Below are positions 1-14,180 of a stretch of 64,000 bases of DNA, in pieces (the stretch's first letter is position 1; every line of letters starts with the position of its first letter). The position numbers and the translations under genes are program-made. The stretch lies in the NCBI RefSeq assembly GCF_009914755.1, contig NC_060939.1; one strand, 5' to 3'. The notes below the pieces were generated by a model that did no database searches, was not told the DNA's origin, and saw nothing but the letters and a program-made list of their open reading frames with translations. This DNA comes from the human T2T-CHM13v2.0 reference genome, Homo sapiens.

Positions 1-440
1 CCTTTTGGTTATTGTCTAGAAGACAACAGTGAACACTGGGATATAAGTATCTTTTAGAGTCCCTGAAGACAATTCATTAAAGGGACACAACTAAATATGT
101 TTTGATGCCATTATGGACTGTACTAGGAATAATAAATAATGCGGCCGACCATTACTTTTCTGCCTTCACTACTGTATAGGAAGGTTTAGGTGCCTGTGCC
201 CAGTCTGCTGCATTAGCCCTGGAGTCTCTCTGGGCTGGAGGAAGACAGGAGCTAAGGTGTGTCCTTAGTTTGTGATTGCCCTTTACTTTCCCCACATCCA
301 CCATCTGGTCCCACCCTGCAGCCAGCTCAGCGGGGCACAAGAAGAGCTGTCAGCAGTGCTGTTGAAGGTGACTGGCCAGCCCTTCTCCCAGCTACCAAAG
401 AACCCCCTCCCAGCTGCTTGTAGGATTCACTTCTTCAGAC

Positions 441-592
441 AGTGGTTCTTGGCCTGGCTGCAGATCAGCATCACTGGGGCAGTTTTAAGAAACACTCTTG
501 CTTGAGATCTACCCATGGCCATTCCAAATGAATTGGTCTAGGGTGGTAGGGCCCAAGCATAGGTCCCTTGAAAAGCTCCCCAGGTGAGAACT
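441..592. mobile_element. MER5-family hAT-Charlie MITE (degenerate)
   Basis: Starts 'agtggttctt..ggctgcagatcagcatcactgggg' and ends 'aaaagctccccaggtga', resembling MER5A/B. Confidence 0.7.
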
Positions 593-1253
593 CTTTTTTC
601 CCATGATCTCTGTTCTCACTGGTCCTCTCAGGGAGATGTGCAGGAGGATGCTGGGCTGGAGGTGGGGTGGGAGAGAAGGTTAGTCCTTCCCATTCCATAG
701 ACAGGAATCCTGAGACCCAGCAAGCAGGAGGAGTTGGCCTCTGAATTGAAGGTCAAGGGATGGAAATGAACCTGGAAGCCACTGCCCCTGAGCTACCCCA
801 GCTTGTACTAAGGACTGGGCCAAGGCCCCCACCTCCCTTCTCCTCTCCAGCAATGGGAAGGCCTGATGCAGTCACAGCCCCTCCCAGAAAGGTCTGTGGC
901 CCCCAATCTCCCACCCCACCCACAGAAGCAGCAGCGAGAGCTGACAGGTCACGGGATTGCTCCTGAGTTTACAAAGCAGTAGGCAGGGAGGCAGAGATGG
1001 AGCAGCAGCCGCCGGAAACCATTCCAGCTGATAAATAAAGTGACTTCCCAGTGAGTGAGGCCATTTGTCAACTGACTTGCCCCAGTAAAAGCAAAGTCAA
1101 GTTCTCCGAGGCTGAGCCCCTTGCTCTTTCCAGGCCTAAGCTGCAATTCTGAGGGAGCACTGAAGGATGGGTCAGAGCCAATGCTGGGTACTCCTGGGCA
1201 GCCTCCTTCCCTCTTTGGGCCTCTGTTTTTACATCTGTAAAACAGGTTTGGAT

Positions 1254-2012
<759 letters not shown>

Positions 2013-2215
2013 AAAGCAAGCAAACAAGCAAGCAAGGGAAGAAAGGAAAGAAAGAAAGAAAAGAAAAGAAAAGAAAAAAAAGAAAAGAAAAAAAGAGAAA
2101 GGAAAAGAAAAAAGAAGGAAGGGAAGGGAAGAAAGGGAAGAAAGGAAGAAAGGAAGAGAAAGAAAGAAAGGAAGGAAGAAAGAAAGAAAGAAAGAAAAAG
2201 AAAGAAACAAACAAA
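2013..2215 (+). repeat. GA-rich simple repeat grown from an Alu tail
   Basis: GAAA/GGAA/GAAAA units; purine-only from 2034 to 2207. Confidence 0.95.
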
Positions 2216-2897
2216 CACTGGTAGGTAAATGCTGGAGACTCTTCAAGTCCCAATGCTGTGTGATTCTCTGCCCTGTTGCCAAATGTCCCCACTTGAGAAA
2301 CAGGCCAGAGGACACAGGGATAGGAGGTGTGTTTGTATGAAAAAGAAAAATTGGAGGTGGTTACCCGAGCTCTGAGCTGAGCTATCACTCAGTTTCCTAT
2401 CTTTCTGCCACTTAGATTGTTGGAATTAAATATTAATAGACCAAGGTAGATTAAAACCCAAATCTCTTGACACAGTCCCTAAGCCTAGAAGATGCTGACA
2501 GCACAGGATTATAATGATGTATCATTAGCTCTTAGTGATCTATTTATTACACTTGTTACTCGGTGTTACTTAACCACACCGTCTATACCTCCCTTAAACC
2601 TCCAAGGGGAGGCTGGGATTCACAGAGGCTGCGGCTGCATATCCCACCCATCTCCTAGGGTAGCAGGGATGGAGGAGTGAGCACACGCACGTGGGGAAAA
2701 CCCTAACCCCGAGAGCTTACCAGGGACCAGCTGCATTCTCCCATGGGTTGTTTCCTCTAATTTTCTTACTAATCCTGTGCCAGTTATTCATACCCTGCCT
2801 CATTCCAAAGAGGATCTGAGGTAAACCATGTGAGATGTGATTATGATTCCATTTTCCAATGAGAAAACTGAGGTTCAGAGGCATTAAATAACTAAAT

Positions 2898-3115
2898 CAG
2901 GGCTTCTCAACCTCAGCACATTTTGGGCCAGAAAATTCTTTGCTATGGGGAACCATCCTGTGCATTGCAGGGCATTTAGTGGCATCCCTGGCCTCTACCC
3001 ACGAGATGCCAGTAGTACCTCCCCGACACACATACACACAATTGTGGCAATCAAAAGTGCCTCCAGATATTGACAAACATCCCCTGGCAGTGGGTAACAT
3101 CACCTGATTGTGAAA
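2898..3115 (-). mobile_element. MER20
   Basis: 'cagggcttctcaacctcagcac..ttttgggcc..gcatccctggcctctacccac.agatgccagtag' is the reverse complement of MER20; lies next to MIR sequence. Confidence 0.9.
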
Positions 3116-3164
3116 GGTGAAGTTGAGAGTCATATATTGGCTTTCTTTACTGCTAGGCTTTAGA

Positions 3165-3270
3165 AGTCATCTTGTGTACACTCCACATTTTACAGGTCAG
3201 GAAACTGGGCCAGAGAAGCTGAATGACTTGCCCGTGACCACACAGCTAACAAACTGGAGAGCTGCATTTG
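3165..3270 (-). mobile_element. MIR
   Basis: 'cattttacagg..ggaaactg..cagaga..tgacttgccc..gaccacacagcta'. Confidence 0.75.
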
Positions 3271-6200
3271 AAACTAGCTGACTGTATCCATCTAGGGCTC
3301 TTTGCCTCCCATCACACCAGCTATTACGAGATGAGAGGCTCAATGTCAAACAATTATCAAGCACCTATCATGTTAGGGGCTCAGAAGCCTGCAGTCAGTT
3401 TGAGAAACAGACAAGCAAATGGGAAACTGTCAGAACACGGGGTGATGAGAGGAGCTCTGGGCAAGCTGTCTGCTAAAACTGGGGAGGGTGCTCCACTGTC
3501 AGGCTAGAGACAAGGAGGCCCGGGAGCGGGCAGTGTCTCGGGCAGCAGGGCAGGAGGGGGAACAAAGGCCATGGGTACATTCAATGCCCTGAGCAAAGGC
3601 AGTTGCTCCAGCTCATTACCTTCCTCATCTCTATTGCCGTAGCTTCCACCACAGCTCCAGGCAGCCAGGTCCATTTCAACCAGGAGTATCACCATCAACA
3701 TTTCAGGAGTGAGTGGGGAGATTCAGGAGCAGTTTTATCAGAGCCGGGCATCTCTCTGCAGATGGCTGAATTGAAACCAACACTGAGCCCCTGCTTGAAA
3801 TATCACTGCACCTGCTTGGCACTGCACCATTAGGACCCCGTTCCTCAAGGGCTGCAGGAATCCCTATTAAAATGCAAACAACCCCGTTTGTGCCTCTGTG
3901 TGTGTGTGTGGGGGGGGGGTTAGTCACATCCTGAGGCACTATCAGCCATTAATATCTCAGTTATCTCTTAATATCCAAGTGGCAATTAGCAGATCTGGAA
4001 GCCAGATTCAGCAGGGTATGTGTATGTTTATTGACCTGCTTTAGGAGAGAGGAGGTGGGAAGATGGGAAAGTCAAATTTATCAACTTCGGGGACTTTATC
4101 AGGGACTTTATCGGGGACTTTTTTTTTTTTTTTAAATCAGCATCTGCTCTGGATGTAGAATGCCACAGTATTGTGTGGACAGATAATGGGAAGGAACAGT
4201 AAGTGTGAGAGACTTTGCAGGTATGATCTTGTTCAATTTAAGCCACAACTGCTCAGGATAGCTATAGTTATCCCCCTTCACAGAGGAAGGAACCAAGGGC
4301 AGGTGTGGCCAGGTGGCTTGCCCACAACTTCACAGCGAGGGTGATCTCTGGCCTGTTTCTGAGATGAGGACATTGAGGACCCAGGAGGCACCGCAGAGCT
4401 GGAACATTGGAGTTCTTTTATACTTTGTTCAGAAGAAGGTATTGACACCCAGAGAGCCAGATCACCCATGAGAGGCAGGAGAGGAGCAAGACTCCCGGAA
4501 CTCCTGCCAGGTCTCCAGACGGTGCTGATCACGGAGGCTGATGCCACCTACCTGCGCTCCCGGCAGGAGCACCCCGCACTGTCCTCCCTGCTGTTCTAGA
4601 GTCCAAGTCAGCACTCATGCACCACCCCCAACCTCTGTCCTGTGGCATTTATCCCAGCAGATAAAGGTACCTCAGTGACCCCAGCACTTTCACCTTATAC
4701 CATACAGCAATGAGGTCTATGAGGCTCGGGGTGAGAGGCAAACTGCAGTGGGCTGTCCCACAGGGACCCAGGGACCCAGAAAGCTATCTGTCCTTAGCTC
4801 TGCTCAAAGCCCTCCCCTCCACCCACAGGCTTTTAATGAAGGCCCAGCTCCCAGCGGCCCAGCAGCTTCTGATCTGTTTGCATCACTGCCTTTGAAGCTT
4901 CCCAGCCCCAAAGACCATTTATCTCCACAATTTGCCTGGAAAGCCTCATAAATCATGTCTGTGCACAAAGGAATTACCTCTTTGGAAGAGCCTTTCAAAG
5001 GCAGCTGGCAGAGACACCGGGCTAGCCTTGTTGGTCCTGCACCCTCCCCGACGTGGCCCCCTCACTTGCCTTTTGGGGTCCCTGAGCAAGTCTCAGGCTG
5101 TGTGGGGGCGGGTAGGGGAGGGAGAGGGTAGGGATCAAGGGGAATTTGGTGATGCTTTCCCAGCCATGTAGGCTCTGAGGGAAATGAATTCACAGTCGGA
5201 GTGGGCAACGGCACTGGAAGTTGTGGGGTCCAAGCCCATTTCCTCTGAGGAGTGAACTCCAGACATGACCATTTCCCCATCATTCCCCTTCCCACCATGA
5301 GGTCTGGTCTGGAGGAGGGAGCCTCTCTCTATCTCTCTCACGGGCTGTGGGCAAGGCACCACCCTTCCAGACGTCAGTGTCCCCCTTGGCAAAAAACAGG
5401 ATCAGGCCAGATGACTGTGTGCCAAGCTGTGCCCATGGAGTTCAGAGGAGTTCTCTGCCTGGAGCGGGGTTGGGCTGTGACAGGGGCCCCGGACCTCCCA
5501 TTTCCAGGGCTCCAGAGCTGCTGTGTTTTCGACCTGGATCCTCACACAGGGACAAAGCACTAAGCAGCTAAAAGCGGGGAGGGTGTGCAAAAACCTAATT
5601 TCTGCCTTTAAACGTCTGTGTTTAATTCCTCTCACACTCAGAAAGTTCTTCCCTAGGTCTCACTGAGGAAGTTCTCACTGGAAGTTCTTTCTTTTCCATC
5701 ACCCACTCACTGAGCAGCCACTTCAGGGCCTGGCACTGAGAAGGATGCTTGTGGGGAGGCAGTCAGACTGGTACTGTTCCTAAGGGACTTTCTGCCTGGT
5801 ACTGTGGGCCACACCCCCACTAAGAATAAGCAGGAAGCAGAGACAGGAGCAGTGGAAGTGGAGGCTGTGCAGAGGCCCGGCTCCCTGGTGGGCCCACGGA
5901 GCATTTTGGAATGAAGGCCTGCCTCACCTGTTGCCCTATTCATGCTGGAGCTGGGGGCCTTTTTCACCGGGTGGGAAAGAGGAGTGAGAGAGGAGTTGTG
6001 TTGAAGCGACTCCAGCAGCTTATCTGTGGGTTCACAGGCACCAGGGAGAGGTGAAGCAAGTTAGGGTGATTTGGACCTGGGCAGCCGAGAGTCAGCCAGA
6101 AGGGGGCCGTGGGCCAGGGGCAGGAGGGACCTGGGATCTGCCCTCTGGGCTGTTCATCCTGGGAGTTGATGCTGCACCCCAAAGGCCTGGCAGGAGGCTG

Positions 6201-6713
6201 TTCCCACCAGCAGGTTCACTGGCTCTGCTGATCGTCCAGCAGCATTCACACCACCACTGTTTCAGCCAAAGGAATTCACAGTTGTGCCACCTTTCATTTT
6301 GGCAAAGGCAACATCTGGAGCCAACTGGTGCTCCTGGTGCTTGGAGTTGCTTTGGCCTAGGTCTACTAAGAACTGATTGGATGTAGGGTCCAGACTGGGT
6401 GGGGCTTAAGTGCAGCAGCTAGAGGTCACATGAGATGCTGAAGGCTGGGCTTGCTAGAGGTCAAAGTGCATTGGGAGCTTGGGTGTGGTGGGGAAGGGGT
6501 TAATCTACCTAGGATGGCCTTGTGTAATGAGTGGGATTTGATCTGGGATCTTGAAGGAGGAACGGGATTCTGATGGGTGGGAACACAAGGGAAGACAGTC
6601 TGAGTGGAGGGGCCGGTAAGAGCACAGGGAGGGGGCGCGCAGGGCTGGCAGGGCAGCCTGGAAAGGCGGGTACACAGCCTGGGTAGGCTGCAGAGGGCCT
6701 GGAAAGGCTAGAC

Positions 6714-7035
6714 CACTACTTCCCAAACTCTCCATGGGGAAAGACCAAGTGTCTTGTTTTGTTTGTTTTCTAATCCATCATATGGTCCTCACTGAGCATG
6801 ACTCCTGTGATGTTCATACCACCTGGGACTCATCATGAACATCTGACAACACCCAAGTTTGTCTATACTCTGCTCAATGAGAGGAACCCTCCAACCATGT
6901 GCGTGGCTGTGACAGCAATGTCAAAATTACCATAAAGGTTGCTAAACGTTTACTCTCAATTTCTTACTTATTTCATCATTGGCCAGTAACAGCCCCTAGA
7001 CTGCATGTCTAGAGAGCACACTCTGAAGAGCACTG
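6714..7035 (-). mobile_element. hAT-Charlie MITE (Charlie18a/Charlie4a-like)
   Basis: Degenerate TIRs; 8-bp TSD ggctagac (6706-6713) / ggctaggc (7036-7043); internal 'aaacgtttactctcaatttc'. Confidence 0.75.
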
Positions 7036-7319
7036 GGCTAGGCGCAGGTCAGAGGAGAGCTGAAGAGCCCATCAAGACAGGTTTGCAGGTGGTTTTACTC
7101 CAGCTAGGCAAGATTCCTGTCCTTTCTGTGTCCTTCAGGAAGTCCTGCAGATTCCCAGAGGCTGCTGTGCTACTTAAGGGATGAGGCACTTGGGGATGAT
7201 AAATATAACCAAGGATGATATTCAAATGACTTCCTTACTGGCAGAGCAGGGTGCCCACCAGCTGCCTGGTGGGTTGGCGCCTGCTGGCTGTATTCAGGAC
7301 GTCCAGGGCAGTGGCAGCA

Positions 7320-7490
7320 AACACACAATGCGCCCTACTATATGTGAAGCACTGTCTGAGTGCTTTACAAGTAGTATCTTACTGTACCCTTCCATCATCT
7401 CCATTTATAGATGAGCAAACTGAGGCACAGAGAGGTAAGGGACCTGCCTAAGGAGAGCATCCAGATGTCACCAGAGTCCTGGGGAAGCCT
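7320..7490 (-). mobile_element. MIR
   Basis: 'ccatttatagatgagcaaactgaggcacagagaggtaagggacctgcc' core. Confidence 0.85.
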
Positions 7491-7919
7491 CCACCCTCCC
7501 TGCCTCTCACCCCATCTGGGAGCTGTGGACACTGGGGTCCTAGTCCAGGTCCCTCTGCTGACTTTCGGGGTGGCCTCAGGGAAGACACATCCCCTCTTTG
7601 GCGTTTAGTTTTTCCATTGTAAAATAAAGACACTAGCACTGGATGCTCCTTGACATGCCTTCCATCTCTCAGAGTCACCTGGGGAAATCCGTAGGGCAGG
7701 GATGAGAAGAGCACGTCCAAAGGGGGAAAGCAAATTGTGGGGTGCAAATGAGTGTTGGGCACCTCTGCTCACAGCTGCCATTGAATGATAGGCAGAAATA
7801 GAATTTCCAAACCAATACAGCAAATGAGCATTTGCCTCACTTTATGTAGCCCTTCTTCCAAGTTCTTGTGCAATGAACTTGCCCTTTAAATACTGTGGGA
7901 AACTTGCTATTTGAAATAG

Positions 7920-8238
<319 letters not shown>

Positions 8239-8989
8239 CATACTTTTGAGCTTCCACAGCACCTCTATGCTGACCAGAGCAAACACTGGCATTCCCACTG
8301 GTCAGATGGATAGCCTGGGGCCCAGAGAAGTAAAGCAGCTTGCCCAAGGCCATTGGTCTGGTGAGTTGGAGAGTTGAGACCCCAGGTCCACCCAGCATTC
8401 TCCATGGCGCCACTTCCCCAGTGGAGTCACTTCACATGGGCCCCACCTATCGGTGGGAAGCACGTCGCTTTGGGATTGGGGACTTCCTCAACTCTGTCTT
8501 GCTATTTATGTTATTTGTGTCATGGTCCATTTGTCCCCAGGCAGGGGAGGGACTTTGAGAGGAGCTCCCAGCTGGGTCTGCCAGTCAGAGGACACTCTAT
8601 CCATCACTGCTGGACAATGACCCCTGGTTTCCCTGGAGAGAGGAGGCCTGAGAGTGAGTGACAAATGGTATTCCTGTCTATTGAGAGTTATTATCAAAGG
8701 ATGGGACTGGATGCTCCTGGGATCTGCCAGGATGAAGCCAAGGAACGACACTTCTGCTGCAGCAGTAGGAGGTCAGCTTGGTGGGTCATTTGTTCATTCA
8801 CTCAACAAGACTTGATTGCTATGTGCCAGTCACTGGGGATTGAGTGGGGAATAAAAGCACCATGGTCCTGTCCTGGAACTCACAGCCTAGCAGCAAAGTG
8901 AGACAGTAAGCAAAGCAAGGCCTTTATTCCTCTGCTCAAACACTACATCCTTAGAGTCTTCTTGGATTACCCTTTCCAAGCTCTCTCCC

Positions 8990-9217
8990 CCATCCTCTGG
9001 CTTTATTTTTTTCTTTAAAGCGCTTATTCTATCTAATACGATGTAACCACTATATTGCCTACTTTCATCCTTTTGTTTACTGTCTGGGATTCTTACTAGA
9101 ATGTCAGCTCCATGAGGGCAGGGGCTCTGTTTTATTCACTGTTATATCCCCAGCGCCTCGAACAGTGTCTGGCATATAGTAGATGCTCAATAAATATTTG
9201 CTGAATGAGTGAATAAA
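8990..9217 (+). mobile_element. L2 3' end
   Basis: 'gctccatgagggcagg..ctggcatatagtagatgctcaataaatatttgctgaatga'; opposite-strand L2 pieces flank it (~8790-8910, ~9220-9600). Confidence 0.9.
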
Positions 9218-10502
9218 TTAACAAGTAAGTATATAATTATAAGTTGCAGTAAGGGTATGGAGGTGTAAACAAGAGCTTGATAGAAAACAATGAGAGGGAC
9301 TTCCTTTCAATTGGGAGGCCAGAGAGGTCGCTCTGAGAAGGTGACCCGGACACTGAGAACCGAAGAATGAGAAGGAGATGGCCATGGGAAGAGCGGGAGG
9401 TAAGAAGTGCTTTCTAGGAAGAAGAAAGGGCCCGGGCAGATGTCCCGGGGTGGGGAAAGGCTTGGTAGAGTCAAGGCACGGGCAGGGGTGGGGGGCACTG
9501 TGAGGGAAAGGTGGCTCTAGGTGAGGTAGAGAAGGCAGGTGATGTGTGGCCACAGCAGGGAGCTGGGATTTTAAGAGCAATGGGAAGCACTTTAAGTGCT
9601 CCATCATGAATTCATGAAAGCAGTAAAGCAGGACTTCCCTGTGGCAGGACTTGCAACCCTGGTCTAAGAGGGAGACAGTCCCTCTCTGCAGCTCATCATC
9701 ATCCCTGGTAGGCCAGTGCCTGCTCGCTTAGAATGAGAGAGAGAAAGAGAGAATGAGTCTTTCCACTCCTCAGATTTGTTCATGACACTGCCCAGTGCCG
9801 GTGAGATGCACTCCCCTGCCAGGTAAGAAAGACACAGCCAGGGAGGAGCCAGGTGAGGGCAGGAGGAGCAGTTGGGGCAGCTCAGTGCATCCAGGAGATT
9901 CAGAAAATGTGCTGACAGCTGTACACAAACCGAGACTTCTTAAATTACAGCGCCCCTCTTTAGGAGCAGCGGAGGCCTCACTAAATATAGTTCCCCTCAT
10001 TGTTATTTATGTCTCTGGGTGCCAAGCAATGATTCCTGAAATCTTTCTTACCCGTCACTAAAAGCGGGTGCTGCATTTGCCAGAAGTTGGAGACGTAAGA
10101 GGGCAGGTCACGGTGGTGGTGGGTCCCCACATGCAGCTGAGAGTTATGGCAGGAGGTTCGGGGGTGTGGGGAGGACCAAAGCCATTCTGGGAGCTGATGG
10201 CCTCGTCAGTCACCCAGCAAGGAACACAGCCAGCACTTGAGCAAATGGTGTGAGGTTAATGACCCTTAGGATTTCTCATGACCTCAGGCGTGGCCCACAG
10301 CAGCAGGAGGCTTCATTAAGCAGGACATCTACATTTTCTGCTGCTGGAACATCCTGGGAGCTCTTAGGGGTTTGGGACTTTGGAGGAAATCTAATGACCT
10401 TCACTTGGTAGAAGTGGCCCAGGCCTCAGCACCCCCTCATTCTGTCTAGCGGGGCCCAGCCTCTTCCAAAGGACAACGCTTGTCCTCCATGTGGGTGTCA
10501 CT

Positions 10503-10786
10503 TCTTTTTTTTTTTTTTTAAGACAGGGTCTCGTTCTGTTGCCTAGGCTGGCACACAGTGGCACAGACACAGCTCACTGTAGCCTAGGCCTCCTGGGCTC
10601 ATGTGATCCTCCTGAGTAGCTGGGACTACAGGCACATACCACCATGACCGGCTATTTTTTTTTAATTGTAGAGATGGGGTCTCCCTACGTTGCCCAGGCT
10701 GGTCTCAAACTCCTGAGCTCAAGCCATTATCTGGCCATGGCCTCCCAAAGTGCTGGGATTACAGGGGTAAGCCACTGCACCTGCCC
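10503..10786 (-). mobile_element. AluJ
   Basis: Antisense Alu; TSD-like gtgtcacttc / gtatcacttc. Confidence 0.95.
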
Positions 10787-10954
10787 GGTATCACTTCCTT
10801 AAAGACCCTGAAGACCCTACATGAGGGGGGCTTCTCCATCCTCTAAAAGCCCCCTTATCCTTAATTAGGCTCAGATTAATGCTTCCTCCTTAGAGAAGCT
10901 TCAAGAACCTTCCTGCTTCCTCCACCTCATGTGCCCACTGCTTTTTGCATTGGG

Positions 10955-11190
10955 TTAAGGTGGATACTGACCCATCAGGCCCCTGAGCTTTGGAATCACA
11001 CAGACCTGGGTTCAAATCCCACCTCTGCCTCTTACCACCCATATGACCTGAGGAAGCATTCACTCCTCGGGTCTCAGTTTCTTCATCTCTCCTATAAAAT
11101 GGGGCTCTTGTGTGCCTGATAGGGTTGCCATCAGGATATGATACAAAAGTACCTTATTCAATGCCTGGCAAGAAGGAGGTGCTCGGTACT
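10955..11190 (+). mobile_element. MIR
   Basis: 'cctgggttcaaatccc.cctctgcc..tgacct..ctcagtttc..taaaatgggg'. Confidence 0.85.
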
Positions 11191-11359
11191 ACATTTCAAC
11201 AAAACATTCAAGAAAATGTGGAGATAAATGAATGAATAAAGTCAATGATCAAGGCATCATGCTATGTGCAAGTAAATTAATTAGGTAGCAGAATTACTGT
11301 CAGGATTGACGGTAGGTCATTATCATCATCCACTGGCTGTAAACTCCTTCAGGGGAGGC

Positions 11360-11715
11360 ACTTGGTTTGGGCTTCCCCAGAAGCAGACCCTGAGGTGGCT
11401 CCAGGAAGCCAGGTAAGGGAAAGGGGCAGTGCACAGGGAAGGGAAGGGAGATGAAGTACAAGTGCTGCTTAACCCACCGGACCTCTGGGAGACTATGAAG
11501 GCCACCGCCTCAGTTATCCCAGTCAAGGGCACGGAAGCCAGGGCATTTATCCATCAGCCTCTCTATCCTGTCCTTGGTGAAGGGCAGCTTAGGTGTTGGG
11601 TGCTCCCCACTAGCTCTGTGTGTCCTTCTGTGGTGGAGTGACAGGTGCTTGCTGGGGGCAGCCTCTGGTGTGTAAAGGTGAGCACTGAGGGGTCTAGGGA
11701 ATCAAGAGCATCTGC
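11360..11715 (-). mobile_element. ERVL LTR (LTR33/LTR16-like)
   Basis: 'ttggtttgggcttccccagaagcagaccctgag' matches the reverse complement of the LTR33/16 3' end. Confidence 0.65.
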
Positions 11716-12087
<372 letters not shown>

Positions 12088-13964
12088 TCAGGGGTTGATA
12101 TTAATATTTGTTGATTCAGTGAATAATTCATCAGCAAACTCCATACAGGAAATGGTTAGAGAAGCTAGGGATAACAAAATGACATGGTCCTCAGGTCTTC
12201 ACAACCTAGAGTGGAGAGACGGAGACACTATTCCACAAGAAAAAAGACAATGGCTAAATCACACTAAAAGTGGAGAAGCGAAAGGCCCCAGGAAGAGGTG
12301 AAGGCACTTGAGGTAGGAAGAGGAGGATAGCCTCAGGGCTGGGAAAGCTTTAGGAGGAGATGAGACTTGGTGGGGCCTGGAGGGAGAGTGGGCTTAAAGG
12401 ATGGGGTGGAGCTTGGGAGAACAGCATGGGCAAAAGGCTGGAGGCAGAAATGGCATCACAGGTGTGTTGGGAAACACTTGGGCAGGATACTCTGGTTGGA
12501 GAGTCTCTAGGTTCTCTAACCTGTCTGGTTCAGAGTTGACATGTGGGGACAGAAATTTGGCCTCAGAGGATGTCTAGAGTTAGGATTGGGAGCAGCCGCC
12601 AGCAGTGTGTGCCAGTAAGTGCATGTTGGAGAGGCTCCCTGCTGCTCTCAGATGCTGCTGGGAAGGCTGGAGTCCCCCCACACATCCACACGCCCCCACG
12701 AAAGTTTCTCTGTGTCTATTCTATGCAGTGCACAACCTGAACATCTGTACCTCGTGGCTCTGTCTGGCTGGTATGAGGAAGGGAGGAGAGAGGAATAAGA
12801 GGCACTTAGAAACTGAGGAAAAATAGACACTTCCCCAGGCTGGAAGGATTGGGAGCCCCTCAGGTCTCCAGCCTCTGTACTCCAGAGCCGGGTAGAGGTT
12901 GCTGTCACAGCCAAGCATCGGGTTCCCTGGAAGCTGAAATACTAAAATGGTGGTCGTCACTCTGCTGCTCAGCCCCACCCTGAGAGGACAGGAGGCTGAG
13001 AAGCAGCTTCCCTGGTGTCTCTCCTCTCTCTCTGTCTCTATTTCCATCTCGGTGGCCTCACTCTCATTTTCACCTCCTTTACTCTGCCCCACCTTTCTTT
13101 CTCTCTCATCTCCCCTCTCAATGGCTGGGTCCTGAAGAGGTGGAGGTGGGAGGACTAGGTGAGGCTGTCCCAGACTGACATGCTGGGAGATGTAGGGGGG
13201 TAGCTGGGAGGCCGTTTGAACTGGATGTTTGAACCAAAGGGGGTCCCAGTGGGCCTCCCCGAAGTGTGGGGTTTTCTTTTCTTTTCCTTTTAAAACATTT
13301 CACTTTCAAAGGAAGCCAGGCCCTGAGTGAAAGGAGCAGAATAAACTCAGGTGCACAATCAAAAGGCCTTTGAGCCTGGCTGAGAGCTCTGCGGTCCTCT
13401 CCTCTTCTGGGTCAGGGCTGGCAGGGGGATGGGGGACCTTTCAGTGCCTAATTGGCAGCTAATTGAATACTGGGGGTGGGAAATGGAATCCCCTCCCCTC
13501 ACACCACAACCCCAAGCAAGTTGTTGGGGATTGGGTGAGCACAGATCTTTTCGACTCAGTGTAAAAGTGGATCTGTTACAGGTTTTCTTGCCTGCATCTT
13601 GGTGGTGGGGAGACAGGCTTCTGTTGCTTAATGAGCTCATGGCGCAAGCTGTCTCCAGCTGCAGAGCTCGCAGAGGATTTCAAGGCAAAGTTAACACTGT
13701 AGTTAGTTCTAGCTGGCTACCTGTCATCACTCAGGCTCGAGAGAGAGAACAATCTTATTAAAATGAGCAAACAGGAGGTAGGCTCCTCAGTAGAGCTCTC
13801 TAGGGGTGAGGACAGGGGTGGAGTCTGGTCACTCACAAAGCCCAGGAGAGCCCCAGACAAGTTTTTGCCTCATGGTTTAAAGTGGACCAAGGAGAACTTG
13901 GAAATCACTACTGTGGGGGCCTGGCCTGGGCCTGAGCTTGGGTCTGGGCATTAAGGTATAGGAA

Positions 13965-14180
13965 TTCAGAGCATGAGCTGTGGACACCAATGGACCTGGG
14001 TCAAGTCCTGCTTCTGCAGGTGACCTTGGGCAAGTTACTAAAACTTTCTGTGCCTCAGTTTCTCCCATCTGTAGAATGCAAATGATAATAGCATTGACAT
14101 GGTAGGGTAGTTGCAGTAATTGAATGTTTTTACACAGTGCAAGCACATGATAAATGCACAATAAATTGTAGCAATTATGA
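13965..14180 (+). mobile_element. MIR
   Basis: 'gtgaccttgggcaagttact..tctgtgcctcagtttc..catctgta'. Confidence 0.9.
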
